Shown piece by piece: positions 1 to 7,951 of a stretch of DNA of 38,334 nt. The stretch comes from a virus (lineage: Duplodnaviria > Caudoviricetes), in IMG/VR virus record IMGVR_UViG_3300031774_000056, positions 1 to 38,334 of that record; one strand, written 5' to 3'. The notes below the pieces were generated by a model. That model saw only the letters and a program-made list of their open reading frames with translations, was not told the DNA's origin and ran no database searches. Each line of letters starts with the position of its first letter. Position 1 is the stretch's first letter. Made by a program: the position numbers and the translations under genes.

Positions 1-1284
1 GATTTACAAATATATCACGATGGCTCAAATTCTTTTATAAGGGATTTAGGTACAGGAAATTTATTAATTGATTCTAATGGTGCAGAATTAAAATTACGAG
101 TTAATACTACTGAAAACGCATTAATTGCTAATAGTGATGGCTCTGTAGAATTATATTACAATAACATTAAAAGATTTGAAACTACAAGCAATGGAATTGA
201 AGTAACTGGAAAAACAAATACAGATACTTTATTAATTGGAAGCAGTATAGAAGTAGATGCTATATTAGATGAAGACAACATGGCTAGTAATAGCGCTACG
301 TCATTAGCAACTCAACAATCTATAAAAGCTTATGTAGACGCTATTTCAGTACCTACAGTAAATAATTCCACTATTAGTTTAAGCGCAACAAACGGTTTAG
401 TAGGTAGTTCTTCATTTACATTAAATCAAGCAAGTAATCAAACAATTACCTTTAGTTTATCTATAAATTCTCTTAGTACTTCAACAACAGCTGGAGATGC
501 AGACTTTTTTATAGTAGGTACACAAATGGGCGCTGAATATAAAATGGCGCCTGCAAATATTGCTCTATCTCACTTTAACAATGATTCAGGTTGGACTACT
601 AATGCTGGTACTGTTACAAGTGTTTCAGTAGGTACTGGTTTAGATATATCTAATTCTACAACTACGCCTAGTATTACAATGGATTTAACAGAACTTACAT
701 TAGGTAGTGGTTTAGACGCAACAACAACTGGTCTTAGTTTAGATTTTAGTGAGTTTGTATCAGCAAACTCAGATGAGGTTACAAGTTTTATAGTTTATAA
801 CTCTGGAGATGATCAAGCAGAAAGATTACTTTTAGCAAACGTACATGATATAGAAGCTTATTGGAAATATACACCAGTTGTATTTAATGGTGCTTTTAAT
901 GATAGTTCTAGTAGTACAAGTACTTTTTATATTCCAATTGCTGGTTCTTATAGTGAGGGAACTTCATCACAAGAATATCAATTTGCAGCAATGCCTTTTG
1001 CAGGAAGAATAAGAACACTGATGATGCAAAATACAGGAACAACTCCAACTACTACTAATTCAACAAGAATGAAAATATATAAAAATGGATCACTAGCTTA
1101 CACTACTAGTTACCAAGTTCCTACAAATAGTGGTAGTGTGGGCGCGTATATTTTATTCGATAATAATACAGCGTATACATTTTCAGCTGGAGATAGAATA
1201 CAATTTGCATATAACAAACAATTTACAGGAGATTATTGGAGAGATGTCGCGTTTACAGCGGTTGTAGAATTCCAGGAAATGTAA
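1..1284 (+). CDS. Tail fibre / receptor-binding protein, 5'-truncated (starts upstream of the window)
   Basis: Frame 1 is open from base 1 (DLQIYHDGSNSFIRDLGTGNL...VELYYNNIKRFETTSNGIEVTG...ILDEDNMASNSATSLATQQSIKAYVD), so the ATG at 280 is internal. These segments and GTVTSVSVGTGL are typical phage tail-fibre repeats. The protein is Ser/Thr/Gly-rich with a beta-rich C-terminal domain. Confidence 0.8.
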   Translation, partial: DLQIYHDGSNSFIRDLGTGNLLIDSNGAELKLRVNTTENALIANSDGSVELYYNNIKRFETTSNGIEVTGKTNTDTLLIGSSIEVDAILDEDNMASNSATSLATQQSIKAYVDAISVPTVNNSTISLSATNGLVGSSSFTLNQASNQTITFSLSINSLSTSTTAGDADFFIVGTQMGAEYKMAPANIALSHFNNDSGWTTNAGTVTSVSVGTGLDISNSTTTPSITMDLTELTLGSGLDATTTGLSLDFSEFVSANSDEVTSFIVYNSGDDQAERLLLANVHDIEAYWKYTPVVFNGAFNDSSSSTSTFYIPIAGSYSEGTSSQEYQFAAMPFAGRIRTLMMQNTGTTPTTTNSTRMKIYKNGSLAYTTSYQVPTNSGSVGAYILFDNNTAYTFSAGDRIQFAYNKQFTGDYWRDVAFTAVVEFQEM

Positions 1285-1296
1285 AATTGGTGAAAA

Positions 1297-1309
1297 ACCA
1301 GTGATAATA
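1297..1309 (+). promoter_or_regulatory. Putative phage late-promoter motif, copy 1 (ACCAGTGATAATA)
   Basis: One of four intergenic matches to ACnRGTRAYWMTA, each just after a stop codon at a module boundary. Confidence 0.5.
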
Positions 1310-1317
1310 AAAACATA

Positions 1318-1334
1318 CCCGGCTCGGGAAGAGC
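1318..1334 (+). promoter_or_regulatory. Candidate mini H-type pseudoknot in a 5' leader
   Basis: CCC-G-GCTC-GGG-AA-GAGC: CCC/GGG and GCTC/GAGC pair in interleaved order. It is a GC-rich island in an AT-rich intergenic region. Confidence 0.4.
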
Positions 1335-1367
1335 AATAAACCAATGTCTAACTTAAAACCAAAACCA

Positions 1368-1655
1368 ATGACATTTTATTACCAGACTCAATCGTGGACT
1401 AGTCGACCACAAATTTCAGAAGAAACCCTTAACCTTTGGAAACATCTCGCAGAAAAGAAAAACTGGAGAATAACCCAATTACCTAACGGTTTTTATCAAA
1501 CTGAATACCAAGATCCAAATGAAGATACTTGGAACGACGTTACAAGACGTGAAACTATTGAAGGAGCAGAGAGCGCTATTGATGGATCAGTAGAGCATTA
1601 TGCTAAAAAAATAGAATTCTTAAAAGGTCCTAAAGTCGTGAAAACTTTTAAATAA
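1368..1655 (+). CDS. Hypothetical phage protein, first gene of the chaperonin operon
   Basis: ORF track gives 1344. The ATG at 1368 (MTFYYQTQSW...) follows an A/C-rich leader (ttaaaaccaaaacca) and is the likelier start. No recognisable domain. Confidence 0.7.
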   Translation: MTFYYQTQSWTSRPQISEETLNLWKHLAEKKNWRITQLPNGFYQTEYQDPNEDTWNDVTRRETIEGAESAIDGSVEHYAKKIEFLKGPKVVKTFK

Positions 1656-1676
1656 ACATTTAAATTAAATTAAATT

Positions 1677-3233
1677 ATGTCTAATGCAATCGTAAAAAAC
1701 CTTAACTTCGGAGACGAAGCTAGGGAAAATGTATTTAAAGGTATAACTAAACTTACACAAGCTGTTAGCTCCACTTTAGGAGCTAGCGGTAAGTGTGTAA
1801 TGCTAGAAGATTCAACAGGTAAACCTATTATAACTAAAGATGGTGTTACTGTAGCTGATTCAATTATACTTAGAGATCCAGTAGAAAACATGGGCGCTAC
1901 TTTATTAAAAGAAGCAGCTCGTAAAACAGTTAAAGAAGCAGGTGATGGAACTACCACCGCTACATTATTAGCTTATGCTATTTTGCAAGAAGCTTATAAA
2001 GTTGCTGATAAAAATAATTCCAGACAACTTAAAAATGGAATTAACAGTGCTGTTGAAAAAGTAGTTAAATATTTAGAATCTATTAGTGTTCCAGTTAAAG
2101 GAAACATGATAGATCAAATAGCTACTATATCAACAAATAATGATAAAAAATTAGGAGAAATTATTGCTAATGCTTTTAGATCAGTAGATAACACAGGTGT
2201 TGTTATGATGGAGGTTTCAGCTTCAGGTAAAACAGAAGTTGAAATTGTTGAAGGAGTTCAATATGATAAAGGATTAACAAATTCTCATTTTATAACCAAC
2301 AAGCAGAATAAAACTGCTGAATTAGAAAACCCATTAGTATTATTGGTTGAATCACCTATTGAAACAATAAGACAAATTCAATCAGTGCTAGAGTACGTAA
2401 TAAAAAACAACAAACCTTTGCTTATTATAGGCGATTTAGAACAAGGTGTTTTATCAGCTCTAGCAATGAATAAAATGAAGGGTAATATAAAGATAAATGT
2501 TATTGATGCTCCAACATATGGTATTAATAAAAAACAAACACTAGATGATTTATCTTTATTAACAGGCGCTACTATTGTAAATGAGGATCTAGGTGATGAC
2601 ATGGATTTGATACAAGTAGAATATTTAGGCTCATGTTTAAAGAGTGTTACATCGCACTCTGAAACTATTATTCAAGTAAAAGAGACTTCAAAAGAAGTAG
2701 AAGAAGTAATAAATAGTATAAAAGAAAAATTAAAACAAGATAACCCTTCTCACGAGGTTATAAAATTAGAGAAGAGATTAGCTATGTTAGCCGCTAAAAT
2801 AGCTGTAGTAAAAGTAGGTGCTAATTCTGATATAGAATTAAAAGAAAAACAAGATAGAGTAGAAGATGCTATATGTGCTACTAAAGCTGCTATAAAAGAA
2901 GGAATTGTTCCAGGAGGAGGAGTTGCGTTATTAAACGCTGCTTTAAAAATGGAAGAAGAAAATGAAGGGGAAAAAGTTTTAGGTAAAGCTATAATATCAC
3001 CTTATAAAACAATTTTACAAAATGCAGGTATTGAATCAATTACTATACCTGCTAAAAATGGGGACGGAATTAATGTAGTTACAGGAAATATGGTAGATAT
3101 GATTGAAGCTGGAATTATAGATCCATTGTTAGTTACAAAAAGTGCATTAAAAAATGCAGCAAGTGTAGCAACCACTATATTGTCAACAGATTGTGTAATT
3201 AATAATTTAAGAATCGATGAAGGCAGTAGGTAG
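1677..3233 (+). CDS. groEL: Phage-encoded group I chaperonin GroEL (Cpn60)
   Basis: Motifs ITKDGVTVA, AGDGTTTAT (ATP binding), VKVGA..E.ELKEK.DRVEDA..AT.AA..EGIVPGGG, GIIDP..VTKSAL.NAASVA. 518 aa, with no GGM tail. Confidence 0.97.
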   Translation: MSNAIVKNLNFGDEARENVFKGITKLTQAVSSTLGASGKCVMLEDSTGKPIITKDGVTVADSIILRDPVENMGATLLKEAARKTVKEAGDGTTTATLLAYAILQEAYKVADKNNSRQLKNGINSAVEKVVKYLESISVPVKGNMIDQIATISTNNDKKLGEIIANAFRSVDNTGVVMMEVSASGKTEVEIVEGVQYDKGLTNSHFITNKQNKTAELENPLVLLVESPIETIRQIQSVLEYVIKNNKPLLIIGDLEQGVLSALAMNKMKGNIKINVIDAPTYGINKKQTLDDLSLLTGATIVNEDLGDDMDLIQVEYLGSCLKSVTSHSETIIQVKETSKEVEEVINSIKEKLKQDNPSHEVIKLEKRLAMLAAKIAVVKVGANSDIELKEKQDRVEDAICATKAAIKEGIVPGGGVALLNAALKMEEENEGEKVLGKAIISPYKTILQNAGIESITIPAKNGDGINVVTGNMVDMIEAGIIDPLLVTKSALKNAASVATTILSTDCVINNLRIDEGSR

Positions 3234-3477
3234 AAATTTAATCATACAAAAAACAAAAGAAGGAACCACCAAAACAAAAGGTGGTTTACTTCTTGCAGAA
3301 ACTCATAGGGATGATATTAGATACGTAGAAGCTATTGTTGTATCTGTGGGTGAAGAAATTAAAGGAGTAAACGAAAATTCAAAAATATTTTTTGATAGAC
3401 ACGCTGGTCATAAGATAGAAATAGAAAAACAAACTTATCACGTTATAAAAGCTCAGGATGTAGTTGTGGTGTTATGA
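3217..3477 (+). CDS. groES: Co-chaperonin GroES (Cpn10)
   Basis: 86 aa; mobile loop TKTKGGLLLAE, then A.VVSVG and YHVIKAQDVVVV. Overlaps the groEL 3' end by 17 nt. Confidence 0.9.
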   Translation: MKAVGRNLIIQKTKEGTTKTKGGLLLAETHRDDIRYVEAIVVSVGEEIKGVNENSKIFFDRHAGHKIEIEKQTYHVIKAQDVVVVL

Positions 3478-3917
3478 AAATAAATGCTAGTGATCTTAAA
3501 GATTTAAATATTCTTAAACATTATAGAATAATTAGAAAATGGGCTTGCAAAAATAATGATTTAACTGATGCTGATTTAGAGGTTTTAATATATCTAGATT
3601 GTATGGACCTTTTTAGTAAACATGATTTTGAACAAGGTGTTTATTCTTATAGTTGGGATAATAGAAGATGGAATAGATTAATTCAAAATGGTTGGATAGT
3701 TGTATGGAGACATAGAAATAGAACAACTCAAAAATATAATATCTATAAAGTTTCTTTTAAATGCAAACAACTTATCATGAGAATGTATAGAATCATGTTA
3801 GGAGAAGATGATATACCAACTAGTGCAAGAAGAAATAAATTAATAAAAGGTAATAGCTACACAGATAAAGTACTTACAAAAGCTATATACAATGTAAATA
3901 AAGATAAAACAAGATGA
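3474..3917 (+). CDS. Putative winged-helix DNA-binding protein
   Basis: LTDADLEVLIYL...NRLIQNGWIVVW...YKVSFKCKQLI fits a MarR/PadR-like wHTH pattern. Coupled to groES by an ATGA overlap. Confidence 0.5.
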   Translation: MKINASDLKDLNILKHYRIIRKWACKNNDLTDADLEVLIYLDCMDLFSKHDFEQGVYSYSWDNRRWNRLIQNGWIVVWRHRNRTTQKYNIYKVSFKCKQLIMRMYRIMLGEDDIPTSARRNKLIKGNSYTDKVLTKAIYNVNKDKTR

Positions 3918-4270
3918 AAAAAAGTCCATTAAATTTTGGTTTTGGTGCTCTATTAGGAGGTGGTAGTATTAGAGGAATTGCCGACATGTTAAGATCAAGA
4001 AGAAGTAAAAATAGAGTAGGTGGTAGTCAAAATGCTATCATGACTAAATTAAATGAAATTAGTACTAAATTAGATGGTGGAACACCACCAGCTCCTTCAG
4101 CTCCACAAGGTCAAACTGCTGGAACAACTGGTTTAGTTAATAGCGCTGCTGATGTAAGTGAAACAATGATAGATCCTACTGAAGTAAACGAAAGCATGAT
4201 GGGTGAAAATGATGTTGTTAAAGACCAAACTGCATTAATGATGAAAAAAAACAATAAAAAAAAGAAATAA
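3914..4270 (+). CDS. Small low-complexity protein with N-terminal KSPL motif
   Basis: MKKSPLNF...; Gly-rich, basic C-terminus; ATGA overlap with the previous gene. Confidence 0.7.
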   Translation: MKKSPLNFGFGALLGGGSIRGIADMLRSRRSKNRVGGSQNAIMTKLNEISTKLDGGTPPAPSAPQGQTAGTTGLVNSAADVSETMIDPTEVNESMMGENDVVKDQTALMMKKNNKKKK

Positions 4271-4272
4271 TT

Positions 4273-4491
4273 ATGTCACATCACAAAAAATATGATCCTT
4301 CAATGGAAAGATTAAAACCAGGAACTAAAGTTGGTATAGTAGGTGAATCTCACGTTTGGGATGGACCTTTAAATCAAGAAGGTAGAGCGCACGGTATGGG
4401 TTCAAGTTCTGGTATAACAGGAATGGAAGTTTTAAAAGCACCTACAATGTATAAAGCAGGTCCAATAAGTCAAATAGCTAAGGGAAAATAA
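4273..4491 (+). CDS. Small hypothetical phage protein
   Basis: 72 aa, tightly packed in the operon (GIVGESHVWDGPL). Confidence 0.7.
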   Translation: MSHHKKYDPSMERLKPGTKVGIVGESHVWDGPLNQEGRAHGMGSSSGITGMEVLKAPTMYKAGPISQIAKGK

Positions 4492-4492
4492 T

Positions 4493-4702
4493 ATGTATAC
4501 ACAATATAGCAGTCCGTTTTTTAAAGAAGGATTTCCAGAAATAAAAGAAGAAAATAAAGGTAAGTTTACAGCTTGGGCTAAAAAGAACGGCTTTAAAGAT
4601 GCATGTTCTGCAGCTTCAGCAGTAATGTCAAGTAAAGATAATTATAGCGAAGAAGTTGTTAAAATGGCTAATTACGCTAATAACTTTGGTTGTAAAAAAT
4701 AA
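4493..4702 (+). CDS. Small protein with SPF motif and IKEENKGKFTAWAK...ANYANN module
   Basis: 69 aa; YSSPFFK near the N-terminus. Confidence 0.75.
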   Translation: MYTQYSSPFFKEGFPEIKEENKGKFTAWAKKNGFKDACSAASAVMSSKDNYSEEVVKMANYANNFGCKK

Positions 4703-4705
4703 GAT

Positions 4706-5191
4706 ATGTCAAATCACAAAAATATAAAACTTAAAAAATCACCAGAACTTAACCAACAAACTAAAGATAGTTTACAAGGTGAGGCTTGGAAATACGGTAA
4801 AGCTTTTTATAGCCCTAAACATAAGGTGAATGTAGATCCAGAAGATGGAGTATTATCAAACAGAGTGTTTTACAAAGATGGTTCTGAGTTAAAATATGAA
4901 TCTATCGATAAACCTTTTGACGAAAACAATTCAGCTCCTACTAATTTTTCTACTCCTTTTATGGCTAAAAGCCCATTAAAAGATACATCTATATTACAAG
5001 AAGATCAAAAAGATCAAGGAACTCCTTGGTCTAAATATAATAGTGATGATATAGCTGCTAACAAAGGATCAGGTAAACCTCTTCCAAAACAACATTTTAA
5101 AGGTCAAAGAGTTTATCCAAACGAAAACGACGCTTGGCAAACAGATGAGCAGGCTCAAGCAACAGAAGATTTAGAAAATACAGATAATTAA
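4706..5191 (+). CDS. Hydrophilic protein with repeated SP/TP motifs
   Basis: KKSPEL and SAPTNFSTPFMAKSPLKD. Confidence 0.7.
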   Translation: MSNHKNIKLKKSPELNQQTKDSLQGEAWKYGKAFYSPKHKVNVDPEDGVLSNRVFYKDGSELKYESIDKPFDENNSAPTNFSTPFMAKSPLKDTSILQEDQKDQGTPWSKYNSDDIAANKGSGKPLPKQHFKGQRVYPNENDAWQTDEQAQATEDLENTDN

Positions 5192-5194
5192 GAT

Positions 5195-5446
5195 ATGAAA
5201 AGTAATTCACCATTTCAACAAAATAGCTGTGCTAAAGCTAGAAAAGAGTTTAAAGCTGGTTACATGAATAGAACTAATAAAACTCCAGAAGAAAATTTAG
5301 CAGAATATAATGCAGAAAAAAATGAGTTTCATTGTAACAAAGACACTAACTTTAAAATGAAGCTTAGACCTTCAGGTGATGATGACATTCCTCATACTGA
5401 TAAACAAATTAGAAAAGCTAAAAAAGAAAAAAAGAAAGAATCATGA
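5195..5446 (+). CDS. Small basic protein with N-terminal SPF motif
   Basis: MKSNSPFQQN. Confidence 0.7.
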   Translation: MKSNSPFQQNSCAKARKEFKAGYMNRTNKTPEENLAEYNAEKNEFHCNKDTNFKMKLRPSGDDDIPHTDKQIRKAKKEKKKES

Positions 5447-5733
5447 GTTCACCATTCCAAAAAGCATTTAGTTCTAAAAGCCCTTTAAAAAACGGAGAAA
5501 AAACTTTATACTCTGAAGCTGATTGGCATAAAGTTGCTTCAGTTAATGATAAATACGCTGTAGATTTAGGTACAGTAAAAAGTTCTAAACCTAAAAAATC
5601 AGAACTTGGAGGTTGGGATAGTAAAGAAAAATCATTTTCATTTAAATTAAATGAGAGTGATAAAAATTTAATAAATTCTTTTAAAGAAGCAGGTAAGATG
5701 GCACAATCAGGTGGTCCTTACACAAAAAGTTAA
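5443..5733 (+). CDS. Small protein with MSSPFQKAFSSKSPL leader
   Basis: 14 of the first 15 aa match the next ORF; the rest is unrelated. Confidence 0.75.
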   Translation: MSSPFQKAFSSKSPLKNGEKTLYSEADWHKVASVNDKYAVDLGTVKSSKPKKSELGGWDSKEKSFSFKLNESDKNLINSFKEAGKMAQSGGPYTKS

Positions 5734-5757
5734 AATATAAATATAAAAAATAATAAA

Positions 5758-6438
5758 ATGAGTTCACCATTTCAAAAAGCCTTTTCGGCTAAGTCACCTC
5801 TTGGGAATCACAAAAAGATCCAAAGACAAATAGATATGTTAAGAAACAAACCTGAAAAAGCTGAGAAAAAAGGATTAAGCTCTGAAAGCGGTGGTGGTAT
5901 TGATTATGAAACTATTGAAAAATTACAATCTCAATTACCAGAAGCAAAAGCATCTCACAACCCACCTAGAACGGAAGAAAGTGATGCTAAAATTAGAGAA
6001 GATGAAGATGCTGCTCAAGGATCTGCTGCTGAAATGCGCAGTCCTTTAAAAAAAAACTCTCCACTAGAAGGTAGTTATTATAGTCCAGCCGGTGAAACAT
6101 ATGTTTCTCACGTGGGTATGATTCAAAATGCGGTTGGAGCTGTGCAAAAAGCTTTGGATTCTTATATGACTGAAAGTGATGAGAATAAAGCTAAAAGATT
6201 ACAAGCAAGAGTGGATAGTAGAATTAAAAGATTTGATCACGAAACTGATGACGAAGGTAATGTTATGGGCACAGATACAAGTTTTATAAATGAAAAAACT
6301 CAAGAATTACAAGATAGAGCTACACAACATTTAGATAACGCGGAAACTAGTAAAAGTAACGCTCAGTTAAAAAAATTAAAAGCTGCATTAACTGCAGGAA
6401 CAATAACACAAGCACAATACAACGAATTAATAAAATAA
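5758..6438 (+). CDS. Hydrophilic protein with MSSPFQKAFSAKSPL leader and internal SPL repeats
   Basis: Internal MRSPLKKNSPLEG; C-terminal LKAALTAGTITQAQYNELIK resembles a SHOCT-like helix. Confidence 0.75.
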   Translation: MSSPFQKAFSAKSPLGNHKKIQRQIDMLRNKPEKAEKKGLSSESGGGIDYETIEKLQSQLPEAKASHNPPRTEESDAKIREDEDAAQGSAAEMRSPLKKNSPLEGSYYSPAGETYVSHVGMIQNAVGAVQKALDSYMTESDENKAKRLQARVDSRIKRFDHETDDEGNVMGTDTSFINEKTQELQDRATQHLDNAETSKSNAQLKKLKAALTAGTITQAQYNELIK

Positions 6439-6441
6439 ACA

Positions 6442-7107
6442 ATGGGACATAAAGGACACTGGGGCGAATATACTGGTAACGCAAAATGGTCAAAAGATCA
6501 CGCTCATACAAAAGTTACTAAAGGTAATTACAAAGCTTCAGAAAGAGATGACGCTGCACATATAGATTATCTTAAAAGAGATATTAAAGATGATCAAAAA
6601 TTTCATGTGAAAGACAAAGATGAGAAGCAAACTGCTGATGAAAAGCATATATCTAAATTAGCAGGTGATATGAAGTATGATAAAGAACATCATGGTTCAC
6701 CAGCTGCTTACGGAGATGGACTTAAAAAACGTATTGCTAGAAAACAAGAACAAGTTGATGCTGCAAAAGCTTCTTTTGGAACTGACAATGTTGATAGAAG
6801 TTTTGATAGAAAATTAAAATCTCTAGAAAGAAAATTAAAAAGAGCAGATAAACGTGGAATAAATATAGAAAGCTATGATACTAGAGACGCTTCAGGTGTA
6901 GGAATTACCAAATCACCAGTTAAACACAACTCAGCTTCTGGTAGAAGTCATATACATAGTAAATATCACACTTCTTATGAAGGAGATGCTACTTTTCCTA
7001 AAGATAAAAAGAAAGGTGGACCAGTTGTAAAAGGAGATCACGGACCAAGTAGATTTAAAAAACAAAAACAAGAAGCAGAAGCTAATAAAGAAAATAAAGA
7101 AAAATAA
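6442..7107 (+). CDS. His/Lys/Asp-rich protein with SPA/SPV motifs
   Basis: 221 aa, highly charged; HGSPAAY and TKSPVKH separate segments. Confidence 0.75.
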   Translation: MGHKGHWGEYTGNAKWSKDHAHTKVTKGNYKASERDDAAHIDYLKRDIKDDQKFHVKDKDEKQTADEKHISKLAGDMKYDKEHHGSPAAYGDGLKKRIARKQEQVDAAKASFGTDNVDRSFDRKLKSLERKLKRADKRGINIESYDTRDASGVGITKSPVKHNSASGRSHIHSKYHTSYEGDATFPKDKKKGGPVVKGDHGPSRFKKQKQEAEANKENKEK

Positions 7108-7123
7108 CTAAAATAACTAAGCA

Positions 7124-7273
7124 ATGAACTCACCATTAAAAAATCAAAATAAGGGATACGAATCCCCAAAACAAGAAAAAGCAAACTTGATGCATGATAA
7201 TCCAATAGCAAAAGACGCTAGTGGAGGAAGAGATAAATCTTTTATGTCTAAGCATTCAAAATCAAGAATGTAA
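7124..7273 (+). CDS. 49-aa small protein missed by the ORF track
   Basis: Translates as MNSPLKNQNKGYESPKQEKANLMHDNPIAKDASGGRDKSFMSKHSKSRM*. It fills the gap on the coding strand and begins with SPLK. Confidence 0.75.
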   Translation: MNSPLKNQNKGYESPKQEKANLMHDNPIAKDASGGRDKSFMSKHSKSRM

Positions 7274-7298
7274 CAGTACGAGAACTGTTTAAAACTCG
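7272..7298 (+). promoter_or_regulatory. H-type RNA pseudoknot upstream of ORF 7339
   Basis: S1 AACAGT(7272-7277)/ACTGTT(7284-7289); S2 CGAG(7279-7282)/CTCG(7295-7298); loops of 1, 1 and 5 nt. Confidence 0.5.
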
Positions 7299-7303
7299 AG
7301 TCA

Positions 7304-7338
7304 AACAATAACAATAACAATAACAAAAACAAAACAAA
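7304..7338 (+). repeat. (AACAAT)x3 plus AACAA-type repeats forming an unstructured, G-free translation leader
   Basis: aacaataacaataacaataacaaaaacaaaacaaa directly before ATG 7339. Confidence 0.85.
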
Positions 7339-7785
7339 ATGGCAAAATTTGTAAAATTTAAAATTTCTAACGGTACTACTTTAGCTGCTGGTGGAAACTA
7401 CGCAAGAGACGTACTCGTTAATATTGACGATATTGAAAACGTAGCTGATGCTGTAAATGGTGGTGTTTATACTGCAATTGTAACACTAAAAGGTATTGTA
7501 GGATTAGAAGCTGGTCATGCTAATGGCGCTACTGTTCCTGCTGGTACTATTGGTGGTAGAATACTTACTTTAACTGTATCTACTTCTGCTACTGCTGCTG
7601 TAAATCCAACAGCTATTACAGTTAGTGGAAACATGCCTTCGCAAGCAATTATGAGAGCTATGACTGCAAACCCAGGTGGTGTTGCTGCAAGTGCTCAACT
7701 AGGCTTAGATGGTGGTGGTGTAAGACCAGCTGATGACCAAATGTATTGGTCAAGTGCGGTATTCAGTTCTGATAACACTTTATAA
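7339..7785 (+). CDS. Probable virion structural protein (decoration / auxiliary capsid-like)
   Basis: Ala/Gly/Thr/Val-rich beta composition. Codon style resembles the major capsid gene (gct, ggt, aac). Has an elaborate leader. Confidence 0.5.
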   Translation: MAKFVKFKISNGTTLAAGGNYARDVLVNIDDIENVADAVNGGVYTAIVTLKGIVGLEAGHANGATVPAGTIGGRILTLTVSTSATAAVNPTAITVSGNMPSQAIMRAMTANPGGVAASAQLGLDGGGVRPADDQMYWSSAVFSSDNTL

Positions 7786-7793
7786 ACTAAATT

Positions 7794-7949
7794 ATGAAAT
7801 CTAGAGGCTTAGGTGACAACATAGAGAAGTTTACAAAAGCTTCAGGTATCAAAAAGTTAGTTGATAATGTATCAAAAGGTTTAAACATTCCCTGCGGCTG
7901 TTCAGGTCGTAGGGATGCTTTAAACAAAATGTTTCCTTCAAAAAAATAA
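7794..7949 (+). CDS. 51-aa GLGD...CGC..RR..LN small phage protein missed by the ORF track
   Basis: MKSRGLGDNIEKFTKASGIKKLVDNVSKGLNIPCGCSGRRDALNKMFPSKK*; fills the gap exactly, ending 2 nt before the next ATG. Confidence 0.85.
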   Translation: MKSRGLGDNIEKFTKASGIKKLVDNVSKGLNIPCGCSGRRDALNKMFPSKK

Positions 7950-7951
7950 TT

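Noticed and set aside
280-282. ATG 280 as the start of the tail-fibre gene
   Set aside because: The frame is open from base 1 with continuous tail-fibre-like sequence, so this Met is internal.
7144-7332. 62-aa minus-strand ORF with a poly-Leu N-terminus resembling a signal peptide
   Set aside because: The Leu run is the reverse complement of the AACAAT leader repeat. The + strand 49-aa ORF explains the region better.
5443-7340. CRISPR-like or DGR-like repeats
   Set aside because: Repeats are short coding leaders or microsatellite-like. There is no regular repeat-spacer pattern, no adenine-specific TR/VR pair seen, and no reverse transcriptase.
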